NCBI GenBank assembly: GCA_051294905.1
Contig: CM119372.1
Location: 6,820,001 to 6,884,000, forward strand
Length of the DNA: 64,000 nt
From: Botryllus schlosseri
Taxonomy: Eukaryota
Reading direction: 5' to 3'
Made by a program: the position numbers and the translations under genes. The notes beneath the pieces were generated by a model. That model did not search any database and had not been told where the DNA came from. It saw nothing but the letters and a program-made list of their open reading frames with translations. Below are positions 10,901 to 22,997 of this stretch, one piece after another (position 1 is the first letter of the stretch; each line of letters begins with the position of its first letter).

Positions 10901-13900
10901 TAGCCAACTGGCCATTCGCGGTCGTTTTCCATAACAAGACGCAAGCAGTCTAAACACGCCGCGCCCCTGAATCGATGCTAGGTTTGCAATTTGAGAAATG
11001 AAAGGTACACACGACGATAAATAGGCGCCGTGTGTATACTACGGGGATAGGCGTTTAGTCTACCGTTATCGAAAAGGCCTGCGTATAATATCAGGCATAG
11101 CGACTGGACGCCAGTACGAATATAAATCACTGAACGAGAATTCTCGCGAAAGAAACGCATATACGGCACAGGTCGCGCCTAACCTTGAGCTATCAATTTT
11201 CGGGTCGTGATATTCGTTCACACCCAAGACCGGGCCCCGGGGTCGTGTGTATTGAATCGAATGTTCCTATAGGTTGTTCTCTGATTGGAGTTCAGCTTTG
11301 GACCCTGCCTAATTTTGGCCGACTATGTATACAAACGATTCAATATCTTTAATGTACTTATGTAGGGTCACCATACGTCCTCTTTTAAGAGGATTTATCC
11401 TCTTTTTTGACTTCGGAGGACGCCCAAATGTCATTTTTTGAGAATTTGTCCTCTTTTTTGAGAATTCTGGTTAAATACAGGGTAAAATTCGACCGATACA
11501 CGGTACATCATCACTGAAGTAACGCTTCGGCGGCTATTTCGGGATCTGAGCCGGAAAAATGACTTTTTTTAAATTGTGCCCTTGGCAACAGACTTGCACA
11601 ACTAGACAATTCTTCTCGTTGTCTACAGTTAGACCAATTGAAGCGAAATGCCTGTAAACTATTTCTAATGTAATTTGAAAAATATTTCTTTGCAGTAATT
11701 CTAATCATAATTTAATCTGTGACATGTTTTTATGCTCAAATTTCAACGCCTATCTATTTTATGGTTTTCCTGAAAATGCTAGAGGAGAACTGTATAGGGC
11801 GAAACGAGCCAAGCTTACTGTACGGTACAGACATTTTACATTCTCGCGCTTATCAGAATAAACTCTGGTTTCATATGAACTGATCTTGGTTCGATTTCCA
11901 AGTTTTCGAAAATTCAGTAATTTAATTCTACCGTAATCTACTTTGAAAAAAATGTGTAGCTATAATTATAATTCTAGTCTAATTTAGAAAATACTGTGTA
12001 GCTATAATTATAATTCTAGTCTAATTTAGAAAATACTGTGTAGCTATAATTGCAATTAGAATCTAATGTGGCAAGGCTGAAAATTATCTACTTCTTCAAC
12101 TCATTTTGCCCAACAAATAATGCGGACTGGGAATGTTGGTCGAAAATTAGCTTAAAACACGGGTCCGTCAATTTATACGGTCCGGGACATACTGACGTTT
12201 ATATATTCGAAATGTTTAGAGGTACAATCGTACGTAAACTAGATTAATATACTAGACGCGAAAGCAAACGGACATTCGTGATGAAGTGCAGAGTGCAGAC
12301 CAGAGCCACGTTCAAAGCTGCGCGTCTAGTAAGCCAGACGCTAAGATCGTGCTCTGTAAATAGCAGCACGAAACCGCTTGGCGGTCGAAACATGTTCCTA
12401 CAAGGGTCGTAAACCACGCCGTGAACTATCGCGAACTTTCAAGCTACAGCAAACGACCTTGGTTCGGGCTTGCGCATTTCGTCACCACCTCTTGACCTGT
12501 GTCATTCGGGTAATTATGTTTTCAAAACTCGTCCATAAAGTTCTGAGTCACCCTTTTCGCCACTTTTTAACCGTTTATAAGTCACTCTTGAATCACCACT
12601 TCAGAAAACCTATTTCTGTTATCGGTGATTTAACAAGAAAGGCATCGCAATAGGAAAATCAGATCTCTTATCGACGGCAAATAGGGCGGCCGGCTGGAAA
12701 TAGAAAAGGAACGCACGTAGCAGATTTCGAAGCGATACGGGAACACATGATTGCGCCTCAAGAATCAGATGTGACCTTACGTCCTTTCGATACAGTCGCA
12801 TATATCGCTATTAACATCGATTTTTTTGCACAGTACAACTCACCATATTATCTTTAAGATTTATGAAGGACGCAGCTAATCTTATATGTATTCGTCGTGG
12901 AAATCTGAATGACGCGAATATGCACTATTTATATACTGTATCAAGTCAAGTATTGAAAAAAATGCAGCGATAACGGAGAATCGACAAGGTGTTATTACGA
13001 TGTGCAACAATCTTGTCATTCAATTTTGAAGGGGATTTAGTATATCTTTGGCAACGTTCTTATCCTTAGCATAAAGCAGGTATATAACGTAAAGGTTGCA
13101 TTGGCTCTATCTTCGTCAGAGAACGGACGAGCATGAGCATATAGTTCTGGATTCGAAAAATTAACAGATTCCAAGATTTTGACCGGGTTTGATTTTACGA
13201 TTTCCTGGGATCTGAAGACCAAATTAGGAGTAAGATTTGTATTTGTATATTAAGCCCTCTCGTTTGATCATTGTGGTGATGAATCTGATAATTTCTCCGG
13301 CCAAGAAACGGAATGAGAAAGTTAGTTTATGATTAATGCACAATCGCAAAAAAAGCCACTAAACACATCCCTTCACACTTGTAAGCAGAATAACTGACAG
13401 CAGGGACGAAATATAATGATTGCTGTTACCGTTCCTAGAAAATTACCAAAACACGACTCAAAGGTATTGATTTCGTGACGCCTTCGGATTGGAGAGGATT
13501 TTAGTTGCGGATTACAACCCAAAGGCGTTAAACTCGATTTCAGGATAATCTTGACCTTTTGATACAGGAGAAACAGCGAAGTATTACGTCATTCCTAATC
13601 TCCTCCAATCGCGAGAAATACGGGTTTAAGAGATATACTTTAATCTAGTTTTTACGGCCATCGGTGCCACTTAACGTTAAAAGCGGATAACAACCCGGCA
13701 GGAAAAATGCAACGCGATCCACGTGACTATATGAGCATGACTAAATCGTATTAAAATCGAAGGCAAATTCATTTTTACACTAGTACATCGCATTTAATTT
13801 CAGTGTTCAGGACAGCAGGACTATTTCTTTAGCGCACCTACTGTCGTAAAATTGTAACGCCGGAATTACGACTAGGTATCCTAGAAGCACATAGAAGTAT

Positions 13901-16900
13901 GCAAAACTGTATATCATATATCATATTTCGTATTCATTCATTCTATCCATACATTAGTCGTATTCAACAATCCATAGTGGTACCACAATTGGAATCGATA
14001 AACGTGAAATTGACTTACATTCTCTGAGCATACCGGACTTGATACATTTCTGAAAACGACAATATTGACACCGGCTCCTCGTCTGTTTATTGATTATGCA
14101 GGATTTATTTCGATGACACGAGTATTCCACGTTCTTCTGGACAGTCCTTCTGAAGAATCCCTGTAGTGCAAATTAGCAACTGTAACAGCCCGACCATACC
14201 ACGTGGCAACAGTATATACATCAAACTTGCTAATTGCAATCCGTAATGGCAGATTTACAAACGGATGGAACGTATAACTTACCAGTCAAGATAGACTTGA
14301 AATTTCAATCAAAAGTCAAATGCAAAGAGACGATTTCAAAGTGGTAAGACCTATTTGAAGATTCGTAAAGTCATCCTAACACAGCACTACAGATTGCAAC
14401 AAATCATTAGGATTAACAACGCCAACTTCGACGACAATTCGACGCACACAGATGGCGACGAAGTACAGAAAGACCGATGAAACGAGCAGTCGGGTAACAG
14501 CGCAAGATTCATATTTACGAAAGTATCAAATGAAAAATTGATGACGCTGGCGCCATATACAGCCCAATCCAAAAGCGTTTTACATGGTCACGTAAAACCG
14601 TATTTGAGTAATCATTAAATTGTCACGTGTTTCCAAGACTCCTTCCCAGTCAATAAAATCGATTATCGACGTACTCAACAGGTCAAATACATTGAGTGTT
14701 TTAAGACTATCGACCGAGTCCCAGTAGACACCTACACTCCATAGATGCTATAAATTGAAAGGTCATTGGTCGTGGTTCTTCTGCTTCGTTTATTTATTAT
14801 TTTTATCATTTCAAAACACCACAAGATTGCGATACAATGAAGAGATAGGACGGTGTAGAAAAGACTTGGGCTAGTCTTTCAATCAGACACCTCCACTGGC
14901 CCAGTGAGCGTGTAGTTATAAGAGACATGGAATTGGAGATACCATAAAACAAAAAAGGACATGAAATGAACCGGTATGTGTCCGTTATAGAAATCCATAG
15001 TCTGTTCGTGGGCCGGTAATCTCGAACAAGGATTAGTAAAACAGTTATGGTTACATAGTCCTGATGTAACCCAACTGTATAACCGACATTGAGGGCCGCA
15101 GAGCACTACGAGTGTCCAGTACTTTTTCAGAACGCAATAAGCCGGGTCATTATTAGAGGTGACGTCTACTAGAATAAGTACTTTTTCAGATATTGCTTCC
15201 GCATTCACGCCTTGTGACTTGGTAATTGGGTCCAAACGGCTAACACATGACAGCCGATAAGGTGTCGGCGTATTTACGTATGGGGCGTGTATCATTTCAT
15301 GAACACTGCAAATAGCAGCGCTCTGCGAATTTAGATGTTGCCGATGCTTCTTTGACACAGGGTGAGAAAGGCTTGAAAAGCCTGCTATCATTATTCCTCG
15401 ACTCAGTAATGTCAACAACGCAAAGAGCGCTTTCGGCCGCGTTGGAATGTGACTTTATAGATTACGGCGTTGTTTACCAACGTACCAGTACCATTGATTA
15501 TTCACCTAGTCTGTCCAACTTCTTTGCACAGTAAGCACACACACAACCTGTGTGAACCGTTTTCAAAGATTGTTGTTGATATTCAGCCAAAGGATTTTCA
15601 TTTTTGTGAATTTAACCACAAGATGTTACCAGGTCCAAAGGAATTGATGATTTTCACTTCAGTTTTATATTATCGTACTCTGATTCCAGATCCCTTCATT
15701 AAATACCACGATTGGAATCAGATAAGTCACTTGTTATTACATAAATCATATATCATCGCAAGCTCCAAACATATGTGCGTAATCCAGATGATAGAATACA
15801 TAGATGCTCGCGCGCTGTATACATAACAAGTATAGTACAGTGATCGGGAAGCGTATACCAGCTCGTATACCAACGGTTCGCGACACGAGTTCATTCAAAG
15901 CCTAAAGGGATAAACCATTAAATCCAAGTGTTGAAAATCGAATGCCAGTAAAGCGAAAACGCACCGAATCACGATTTGTGCAGTGCGCACGAACTCGCCA
16001 GACAGAGTTCAATCGCGTATCAGCGGACATAGCCGAACTCGATAAAGCCAGACGGGTTGAATCAACAGAGAGGCAGCGGAGGAAGGTAACAGTACCGAGA
16101 TAATTACAACCGACGCGCACCCGAACGTTAGGTCAAGCCGTGACATTACTTCTGTTCGTTTACGCGGCTCTGCGATCCTACGGGCGAATCGCAAGCGTTG
16201 CGAAAACCTTCACGCAAATGCTAGCCCGACAAATTATGCGATTACAAATACTGACTTGCGACCAGGGCACAGTATGGCATGGTATGGAACGAAACGAAAT
16301 TGGCGTGGAAATTTCAAAGTATGGTATGGGAACGTTTGGCAGTTTTGCCAGAACCATGAAAAAGGCTCTACTTTTGATTTGTCAAGTCGATTGCATACCT
16401 CCCAAAACACAGACAGATCTCTGTTCAAATCTCAAATTTTAACTCAGACCCTGGTCAAGATATTTTTGAAGAGAACAATGCGACGATGATTAGGCAACCT
16501 ATACATCGCTGATATATGACACAAAGACCTTGGGAATTGAATTGATGCATCACGGCTTGTTGTATGAATAATTCCATTCAAAATAATTACAATGCAAACG
16601 CTGGATAATTTCAACACATGACAAATAGATCTGAAAAATCTGAAATATTGGGGAAACGAGAAAGTATGGAAAATATATCATATATCTTATGGAAGAATGT
16701 TGCTATTGTATTGAAAATTGTAAGTATGGTAGGGAACCAGTGCAGCGGGTATGGAATATTGAAATTTCCTGTCCCATACCATACCAACCATACTATGCCC
16801 TGCGATTGAAACTATGACGGACTGCCCGTACAATCGGCATTCGCTTTACACAGGATAACGAATCAAGTCAAAACAAGGTATCGCGGAATTCATAACTCCA

Positions 16901-18163
16901 ACCAAAACAATCCCGACAGAATCTGTAATCCCTAGAATGCAATTCAGTTTAACGGCGACAATGGCCTGGAAACTGGTGAATAGTACGCTTTCAATGCAGC
17001 GAAACGCCGCATTATGCCTTCCACAATTCTTACGCTCTCATCACGTTTCCGCGTATTGGCGAGAGCGCAATCATGTGCACATTGTGCAGTTGCAGAATGC
17101 TGTAGCAACGTGCATACGCCCGAAAATGCCCATACGACGTTACCTGTTATACACGCTTGATATAGAGAATGGATATGGGCGCTATTACGGTTCGTATCGA
17201 AAATGCTGATTTCAATAGTCGCGCTATAATGCCGTGGAATTCGACCTGACAGATGTATTGCATCCGAGGGTATTACCGAACGTATTCCTCAACGCGACTG
17301 TGAGAGTGTGATGTGAGTACACGAGCTAGTTGCCGCCCGGCGTACTCACGTTTGCTAGTTATCCGCTTTGATGGCAGATGTGGCATCATATTGCGTGATA
17401 TCGTCGCGACAGCTACATAAAATACGTGGAATGTGTTAACGTCAAAAACGCGGCCATGTTTTTAAATAACGATTCTGCGTCAAAGTTGCTTTCATAAAAT
17501 TAATGCCGTTGGCCGCGAACGAAGGCATGTATCGAGAATGTAGAATATTTCCTCAATAATGTCGTGGTGCACAAGAGCCTACCCAATTAGTTTCGACTGA
17601 TTACGAAATATTACAGGTCAACAGTATTGTAAATGCAATCGTTTATGAGTTAGGTCAAGTTTTACTTCGCGCACGGCTCTAAAATGTCGAAAACTACCGT
17701 ATGTATTTGCGACGAGGTTCACAGATCATATAAGAGAGGTTAATGAACTTTTCGGCCGGGAGTTACCTGATACGTAGACGCTGTCTGTGGAAAAACAGAA
17801 TAAGATGCGACCAAATGGTCAGTACATTTCTAGCAGAAGCGGACTTCGTTACGAGTCATACAGTTTCCATACATCAATCACACGGCTACTATGACAGACT
17901 TTGAACAACACCGTTAAACTATAGATAACTAACCTACATAGTTAAACAGACCAATCATGCCCACAATTATGTCACGCGGAAAAGAATACTGGTCTTTACC
18001 TTGCAGCCTTCGCACGATGATACGCCGTAGTGATACCCCGATGATCGATCGGAACAAACCAAACACGGTTTATATACTCGGGGAGGGGGCGATGGCGAAG
18101 TCGCGGAGCCCATCGAGTCCAAATCGGATGACCCGTCGCTATAACATGCCAGCATGTCTCTCC
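4790..18163 (-). CDS. RAR: Retinoic acid receptor (NR1B), partial gene model: five coding exons 18163-18000, 14160-14019, 8079-7907, 6532-6353, 4994-4790; N-terminal and helix 9-12 exons not located
   Basis: All five exons have AG/GT boundaries and join in one frame (phases 1,0,1,0,0,1). Translation gives [33 protein letters not shown]|[21 protein letters not shown]...GMLRE|[10 protein letters not shown]...|...[26 protein letters not shown]...LKAACLDIL|LLRIC...[10 protein letters not shown]...[10 protein letters not shown]. Motifs and intron positions match vertebrate RAR genes as I recall them. Confidence 0.97.
5155..5425 (+). repeat. Old interspersed repeat, inverted homolog of 11620-11925
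   Basis: Shared blocks ttactgaatt, aaatgtctgtac, ggctcgttt, cagttctcc and gcatttcgctt are colinear with the reverse complement of 11620-11925. Strand is arbitrary. Confidence 0.7.
6353..6532 (-). CDS. RAR: RAR exon: LBD helices 3-5
   Basis: Acceptor tttttcAG, donor GTAAGA; 180 nt; [30 protein letters not shown]...[14 protein letters not shown]. Confidence 0.96.
7315..7440 (+). repeat. hAT-like MITE fragment shared with 61987-62080
   Basis: cagtactcgtcaaacggtgtgcac...caagggtgcatgataaacttgtcacactatagcag aligns with cagtgttcttcaaccgttgtgcac...caagggtgcatggcgtacttgtcacactaaagcag. Confidence 0.55.
7907..8079 (-). CDS. RAR: RAR exon: T-box/hinge and helix 1
   Basis: Acceptor ttctatttcAG, donor GTGAGT; 173 nt; [14 protein letters not shown]...[13 protein letters not shown]. 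Confidence 0.95.
8262..9234 (-). mobile_element. Non-autonomous hAT element, family A copy 2 (973 bp), inverted relative to copy 1
   Basis: Same TIRs; exact 8-bp TSD gtaacttg (8254-8261, 9235-9242). Its reverse complement is colinear with 2125-3075: first ~50 nt identical, interior roughly 80-85% by eye. Confidence 0.95.
9680..9810 (+). repeat. Relic of the interior of the family B hAT (22475-23502)
   Basis: catacgagacatgtagtacaaag...ttgtcacacagtgcaatgaaataggtatggtcgacaaagtaccaaa aligns with the internal region of both family B copies; no TIRs visible. Confidence 0.65.
10026..10039 (+). promoter_or_regulatory. Perfect DR2 retinoic acid response element (candidate)
   Basis: GGGTCA-tc-AGTTCA matches RGKTCA-N2-RGKTCA and sits in a cluster of 11 perfect half-sites (9905-10428). 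Function untested. Confidence 0.6.
11620..11925 (-). repeat. Old interspersed repeat, inverted homolog of 5155-5425
   Basis: See 5155-5425. Confidence 0.7.
11953..12051. repeat. Perfect 42-bp tandem repeat, ~2.35 copies
   Basis: Unit tgtgtagctataattataattctagtctaatttagaaaatac starts at 11953, 11995 and 12037. Confidence 0.95.
14019..14160 (-). CDS. RAR: RAR exon: recognition helix and second zinc finger (not in the supplied ORF track)
   Basis: Acceptor gcactacAG, donor GTAAGT; 142 nt; [47 protein letters not shown]. Confidence 0.97.
14789..15035 (-). mobile_element. 3' end of a CR1/L2-type LINE (or LINE-tailed SINE)
   Basis: Shares caccacaagattgcgatacaatgaa...agtctttcaatcagaca with the ORF2-bearing copy at 35241-35853. 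Confidence 0.8.
16263..16802. mobile_element. MITE with 15-bp TIRs (hAT-like CAGGG end)
   Basis: cagggcacagtatgg / ccatactatgccctg (1 mismatch), subterminal tatgg/ccata repeats; no matching 8-bp TSD seen. Confidence 0.7.
18000..18163 (-). CDS. RAR: RAR exon: proline-rich B region and first zinc finger to the P-box (CEGCK)
   Basis: Acceptor tttttcctcAG (intron ends 18164), donor GTAAAG at 17999; 164 nt; encodes [32 protein letters not shown]. Confidence 0.96.
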
Positions 18164-19143
18164 CTGAGGAAAAAAGTTAATTCGGTCATTTATCCAAACA
18201 CTCACTATGTTCTGTTCATACACCCGAATACGTCGCTTCGGTCACTACGAAATAAATATGTAAGCTACTAACTGCTGTGATGTTGTGAAAGGGATGTATG
18301 ATTGTAGGTAATCAGAAGTCACAATAACGCATGCCCAGCACTTGGCGCCCGATACGTGCCATTCAAGCAGAAGGGGGCATTAGCGAAGTGTTCCAACTTT
18401 TTCGGATTACTACTTCATTGGTTCTTCCAGTGCTTCTACTTGACAGTTTTCATTTTTTAGTCCAGACTTAATTTTTACACATTTCGAAATCGTTACTGCT
18501 ACTTGTACTAGGGTATAAATTTTCGACGTAATTTTCACTTCTACACGAGCACCATCTGGGACTACTTTGACCGCACCTGCATTCAAGTATGCGACCCGGA
18601 AGCACCCACCCCGAAATATTAACACTCGAGATTAATGATGAATATGCCGTGCACTTAACGTAACGCTGTCACTATAATTACTAAACAAGCCCCGAAATAT
18701 TCCACAAGTCTCACAGGCTTTCCGATGATATTTCAGCTACGCGTTTATCAGTTGTTACCCGTGTTTCGAAAATTCTAGTCACTCTCTTATCGGGAAGTCA
18801 GAGGCGTTTTCCGAGACCTGCCATGACGCTTTCTTCGTTTCAACCTCACGCAACTTGATTGATCGCGGGGTTTGTTTGGGCAGACCTTTGTTAGCCGAGT
18901 GGGAAAAGTAATCGATCAAGTAAAGGAAGATGGGAGAGAGCAGCTCGACGATACTCAACGGGTTAGAGTCATGTTGACTCTTGAAGGAACGTCAGAATTT
19001 TACCCGCCACCCCCGTAAAATCTCACCCGATAACATACACCACGGTCTCGAATATATTTTAGCAGCTAAAAACCCGCAGAGCCACGATTGAAAAGAATGT
19101 ATTGTCAAGGCGAACACGCCGGGTAAAATGCGCGACGTCGCAC

Positions 19144-19160
19144 AGTTCAATTGTGGGTCA
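19144..19160 (+). promoter_or_regulatory. Perfect DR5 retinoic acid response element (candidate)
   Basis: AGTTCA-attgt-GGGTCA, ~980 bp 5' of the RAR DBD1 exon; TATATAAA at 19208-19215. Function untested. Confidence 0.62.
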
Positions 19161-22100
19161 CACGACGAATTTGGATGCAGTTACACCGGCCGCCGGATCG
19201 GCGGAAGTATATAAAGTCGTTAGGACAGACTGTCATTGAAGGTTGCAAAGCCGATAAATATTTTACAGCCGTGTTTGACCTCGCCAATTACTCTTTTTCG
19301 GCCAAAGGTTATGCCCAATGCAACTTTCAACGGCGAATTGAACTCAGCGCGAGCTGTTCGTTATATTGGTGACAATACTCCAGGATTTAATACTGGAATG
19401 CGGATTAAAAACTTGCGCGTACGTTTAACAAAGAATCAACAAAGACCTATTATTAAACTCGAGCGTCAACGCACTGCCGAATGCTGGACATAAACGAACC
19501 TCTATTTGCAACTTACACAAGAGACATATCATACGAATATACATTACCCCAGTAAATTGCGAGACAGTTACTATTAAGGAGTCATCTAAGGGGTAATAAG
19601 AAAGCGCGTCATAAGTTTGACAGCGCGTTACCACCAACACGTATACCGTACTAAAAGAACGAGCAAACACTACATATGTTGTATACCCTCCGCATTGGGC
19701 CAACACCCGAAGTCTAGTAAATATACATATGTAAACGTATTTGCCACGAGAAGTCAATGTCCGCTGTGAATAAATGTATTTCTAGTTTCTAATTGATTGC
19801 ATCATGGCTGTCATCCCACGCGCCATGCAAGTATATATAAAGTTACACAGTCGCACACCCTAAGGCAACAACGCATTAATAAGGTTCACTTCATTGATCT
19901 AAATCACGCCAATGCGCCACGTTCGCACGTATTTCTATACCAAGACATATTCAGGTATACGCACATCGGCACAAACACCATGGTGCGTTGCAGGGATATC
20001 TAAAACTAGTTATCCATGGTGCGTTGGAAGATACCCTCTCTGATGAGCTCATACTTACTTGAAGTTAACCAATCGTATGCAGTGGTTTGGTATCCGATGG
20101 AGGTTGAACTTTTAGCGATGTGTTTATCCTCGAATGTTTTCTGAAATGTGAAACGAATTGAACAATCTTTTAGTGACGCACCCGAGGTGTCATATTTCCC
20201 GGCTTAACAATATCAGAAATGTACTATGTAGGGCAGCATACATCCCATAACTGTGGAAATTATCAGTTCACTCGAGTGCACGTCGAACCGGCCAAACACG
20301 GGAAATGAATGACAGCGAGCCATACGTGTTCATCAGTAATGATTAATATCAACTTGTCGGAGACGTGAGGGCGACAATAGGGCACAAAGTCTACAATCGT
20401 TATCAAGGCCTTTCGGGCGCATCGATTACATTTGAACCGGCAACCGACATAATATGCTGTCAAACCGAAATGTCGTACACGCAAAAGTCATAAGTTCATG
20501 CAGTCGACGTGCCTGCACATTGCGGTCATAAGGTTGTATTCTTCGTACAGTATACGCAACTCATACATAGTAAAACATGCGAGAGTCACTCACTGGAAAA
20601 TGCATATCTGCTTTGATCTCTTTTTTGACTGAACTTTCCTCAGACGTACCTTCCGATTTCATAGAGTCCTCCATAGCAAACTTAGGTAAATGGATATTAA
20701 ATATTAATGACTAGTATTCATTGCTACAGAAATATTAGAACACACATGATATACGGTAGGTAGAAGACATATAGTTAAACAAATCAGCTAGCACTCAAAG
20801 GCATGCACTCATTTAGTCGGAATATGCTCGGCTTAATATGTGGCAGCAAATATGCCTATAGCTTGTCCGCAGCTAAATATACGTAACTCAAATTGAAGGC
20901 TGAGGTGTCTAATTACGAAAATCGTTTATAGTAATATTCTAATGCTGACCTTCTACCTCTTCATCAAATGTTAAAACCGAGGCATAATAAAGTGACTGAT
21001 TAACAGATAGCAGGCTACAGCGTGGGGGACTTGAGTTTACCATCACCAGCTGAATAAAACTCGCTTTGCGGGGTTCGACCGGCCAACGACCACACTTGGT
21101 AATCGCAAAATAACAGTGTCGATAACGCGCAAATCCCTACTCTTGCTAACCATATAATTGCTAGCGGCATGACTCGAAACAGGCTGTTCCAAAAATGGAA
21201 GAAAGCAATCCATAGCTGGTGGCTGCTCACGATGCCGAAGTTCATTTGATATTCTCTCGTAGCGTAGACCTGTGTTTCTAATGACTCTGAACTGGCTGCG
21301 AAGGTCAATCGCGACAATGTATTTACCGCGACGCAGTTCCATACGAATGAGGCGAATGCATTCTGTCAAATATTTCCATCTAGGCGTAGCATCATAGAAC
21401 CTTCAACCTTTCGTGTCGATCAGCATACCAATTGCTATCAAAACATTTCATGTCTGACTAGTCTGGAATTCTACTGTGTCAGAGTTCAGGTTCAATTTTT
21501 GATCACACAGCTGTAGTTCCTTGTTAGTCTTAGGTAACCACAGCATCACCAAATCCGAAAAATCGTCTTTCTCCCCAAACTATTGATCATTGGCTGGTAC
21601 TACCGCTGAAGCATACCGTTGCCTACGAGGGTAAGCAAATGCACGAGCCCAAACAAAGCTACTGTTGTATATTTAAGATTCTACATTTCAATGTATCTAC
21701 AGGTTGGTAAACGCAAACGAATCTAGAAAGTAATCCTATTAATCACAGTGTAGCGGCGCCCTAACTGAGTACAGAATCGCCTAGTAGGTGCTAATGTGAC
21801 TTGTACCAGCCATAATTTTTTGCGTCTTGGACTGTTGGGTCGAATAAATTTTCTCGGCCAGATCAAGTATCTAATTTTTAAAATAAAATTCCCTGATAAG
21901 CTGTTCAGGTCGTGACATCTTTTATAAGCGCTAAATCTCGTAAATACAATCCTCGTGAAACAAGTAGAGGCTGATTTAAGTAACAGGCATTCACCTAAGG
22001 TTTAAACCAACGGACATACCACGTTACTTTTATCAGTGGGTTAGAAAATGGAGGAAGCTTTTAATACAATAATATCTATCCTGCTACAACCCAATGTGAT

Positions 22101-22233
22101 ATTAGAGAAATCATTCGGGGCAGAAGATCCTTTCCCTCGTGAGTTAGAGAATTTAAGAGTAACTTAAGGTATAGCGACATCCAACGACTAATTATAGCAC
22201 ACTAGCACCAATCATCAAGCACTTGATGAATCG

Positions 22234-22276
<43 letters not shown>

Positions 22277-22474
22277 TGATATTCTTTTTCGCCTGCACCA
22301 TCGAGATGCTTTGACGACGGAGTTGCGATACGGCCCCATGAGGTCATCTAGTCTGCGCCCCCGTTTATTTTTTCTCCTCCATACTATCCGTGATTGCTGA
22401 GCGCCTAGCAGGATAGCTGCGGATACCAATTTTCGAGTCTTTGGTATGACCCGACCGGGGATCGAACTCACGAC

Positions 22475-22989
22475 TAGGGCTGGGCACAATGATTCGAGTA
22501 CTCGAATCTGAATCGAGCATTAATTTTAATGATTCGAGTCGAGTAGTAAAAAACGTTTTTTTCGAGTAATGAAAATATACGCTCCTCGCAAATGAAAGTT
22601 GATTTACTAACGGGAATTATAGTTTTGATACTATTTTCCACCGACGAAGCCTTGAAATCTTGATTGGCCGTGTCGCAGCATACGAGACATTGTACAGAGC
22701 TACGAACGTTACTGGAAATAACATATTTCCGAAGTCATGATCATCCCACAACATTGTCACGAAGTGCAATGAAATCGGTATTGTCGAAAAAATATCAAAG
22801 TATCTTTATTGTAACGGATGCCAGGCATTATATTCTTTGTGGTGGCATAAAAGGTACATATTCGAAATTTCACATAGTTCATTCTGTTGTGACGTCATAA
22901 TGAGTGATACTCGAATACTCGACTCGACTCGAAGCATAAAACGTGATTCAGAATCGAATCACTCACGTACTCGATTTTGCCCAGCCCTA
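22475..22989 (+). mobile_element. Non-autonomous hAT element, family B copy 1 (515 bp)
   Basis: TIR tagggctgggca/tgcccagcccta; flanked by ctcacgac (22467-22474) and ctcacgac (22990-22997). Confidence 0.93.
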
Positions 22990-22997
22990 CTCACGAC

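Noticed and set aside
11953-12051. CRISPR-like array
   Set aside because: The copies are contiguous with no spacers, in a eukaryotic intron; this is a simple tandem duplication.
14283-14375. Strong cryptic donor CTG|GTAAGT at 14282 as an alternative RAR exon
   Set aside because: The candidate acceptors are weak and give either a 13-nt frameshifting exon or a stop-containing exon; indistinguishable from chance.
14879-15418. 179-aa minus-strand ORF in a RAR intron
   Set aside because: It runs into a LINE 3' UTR, with no recognisable motif or supporting splice structure.
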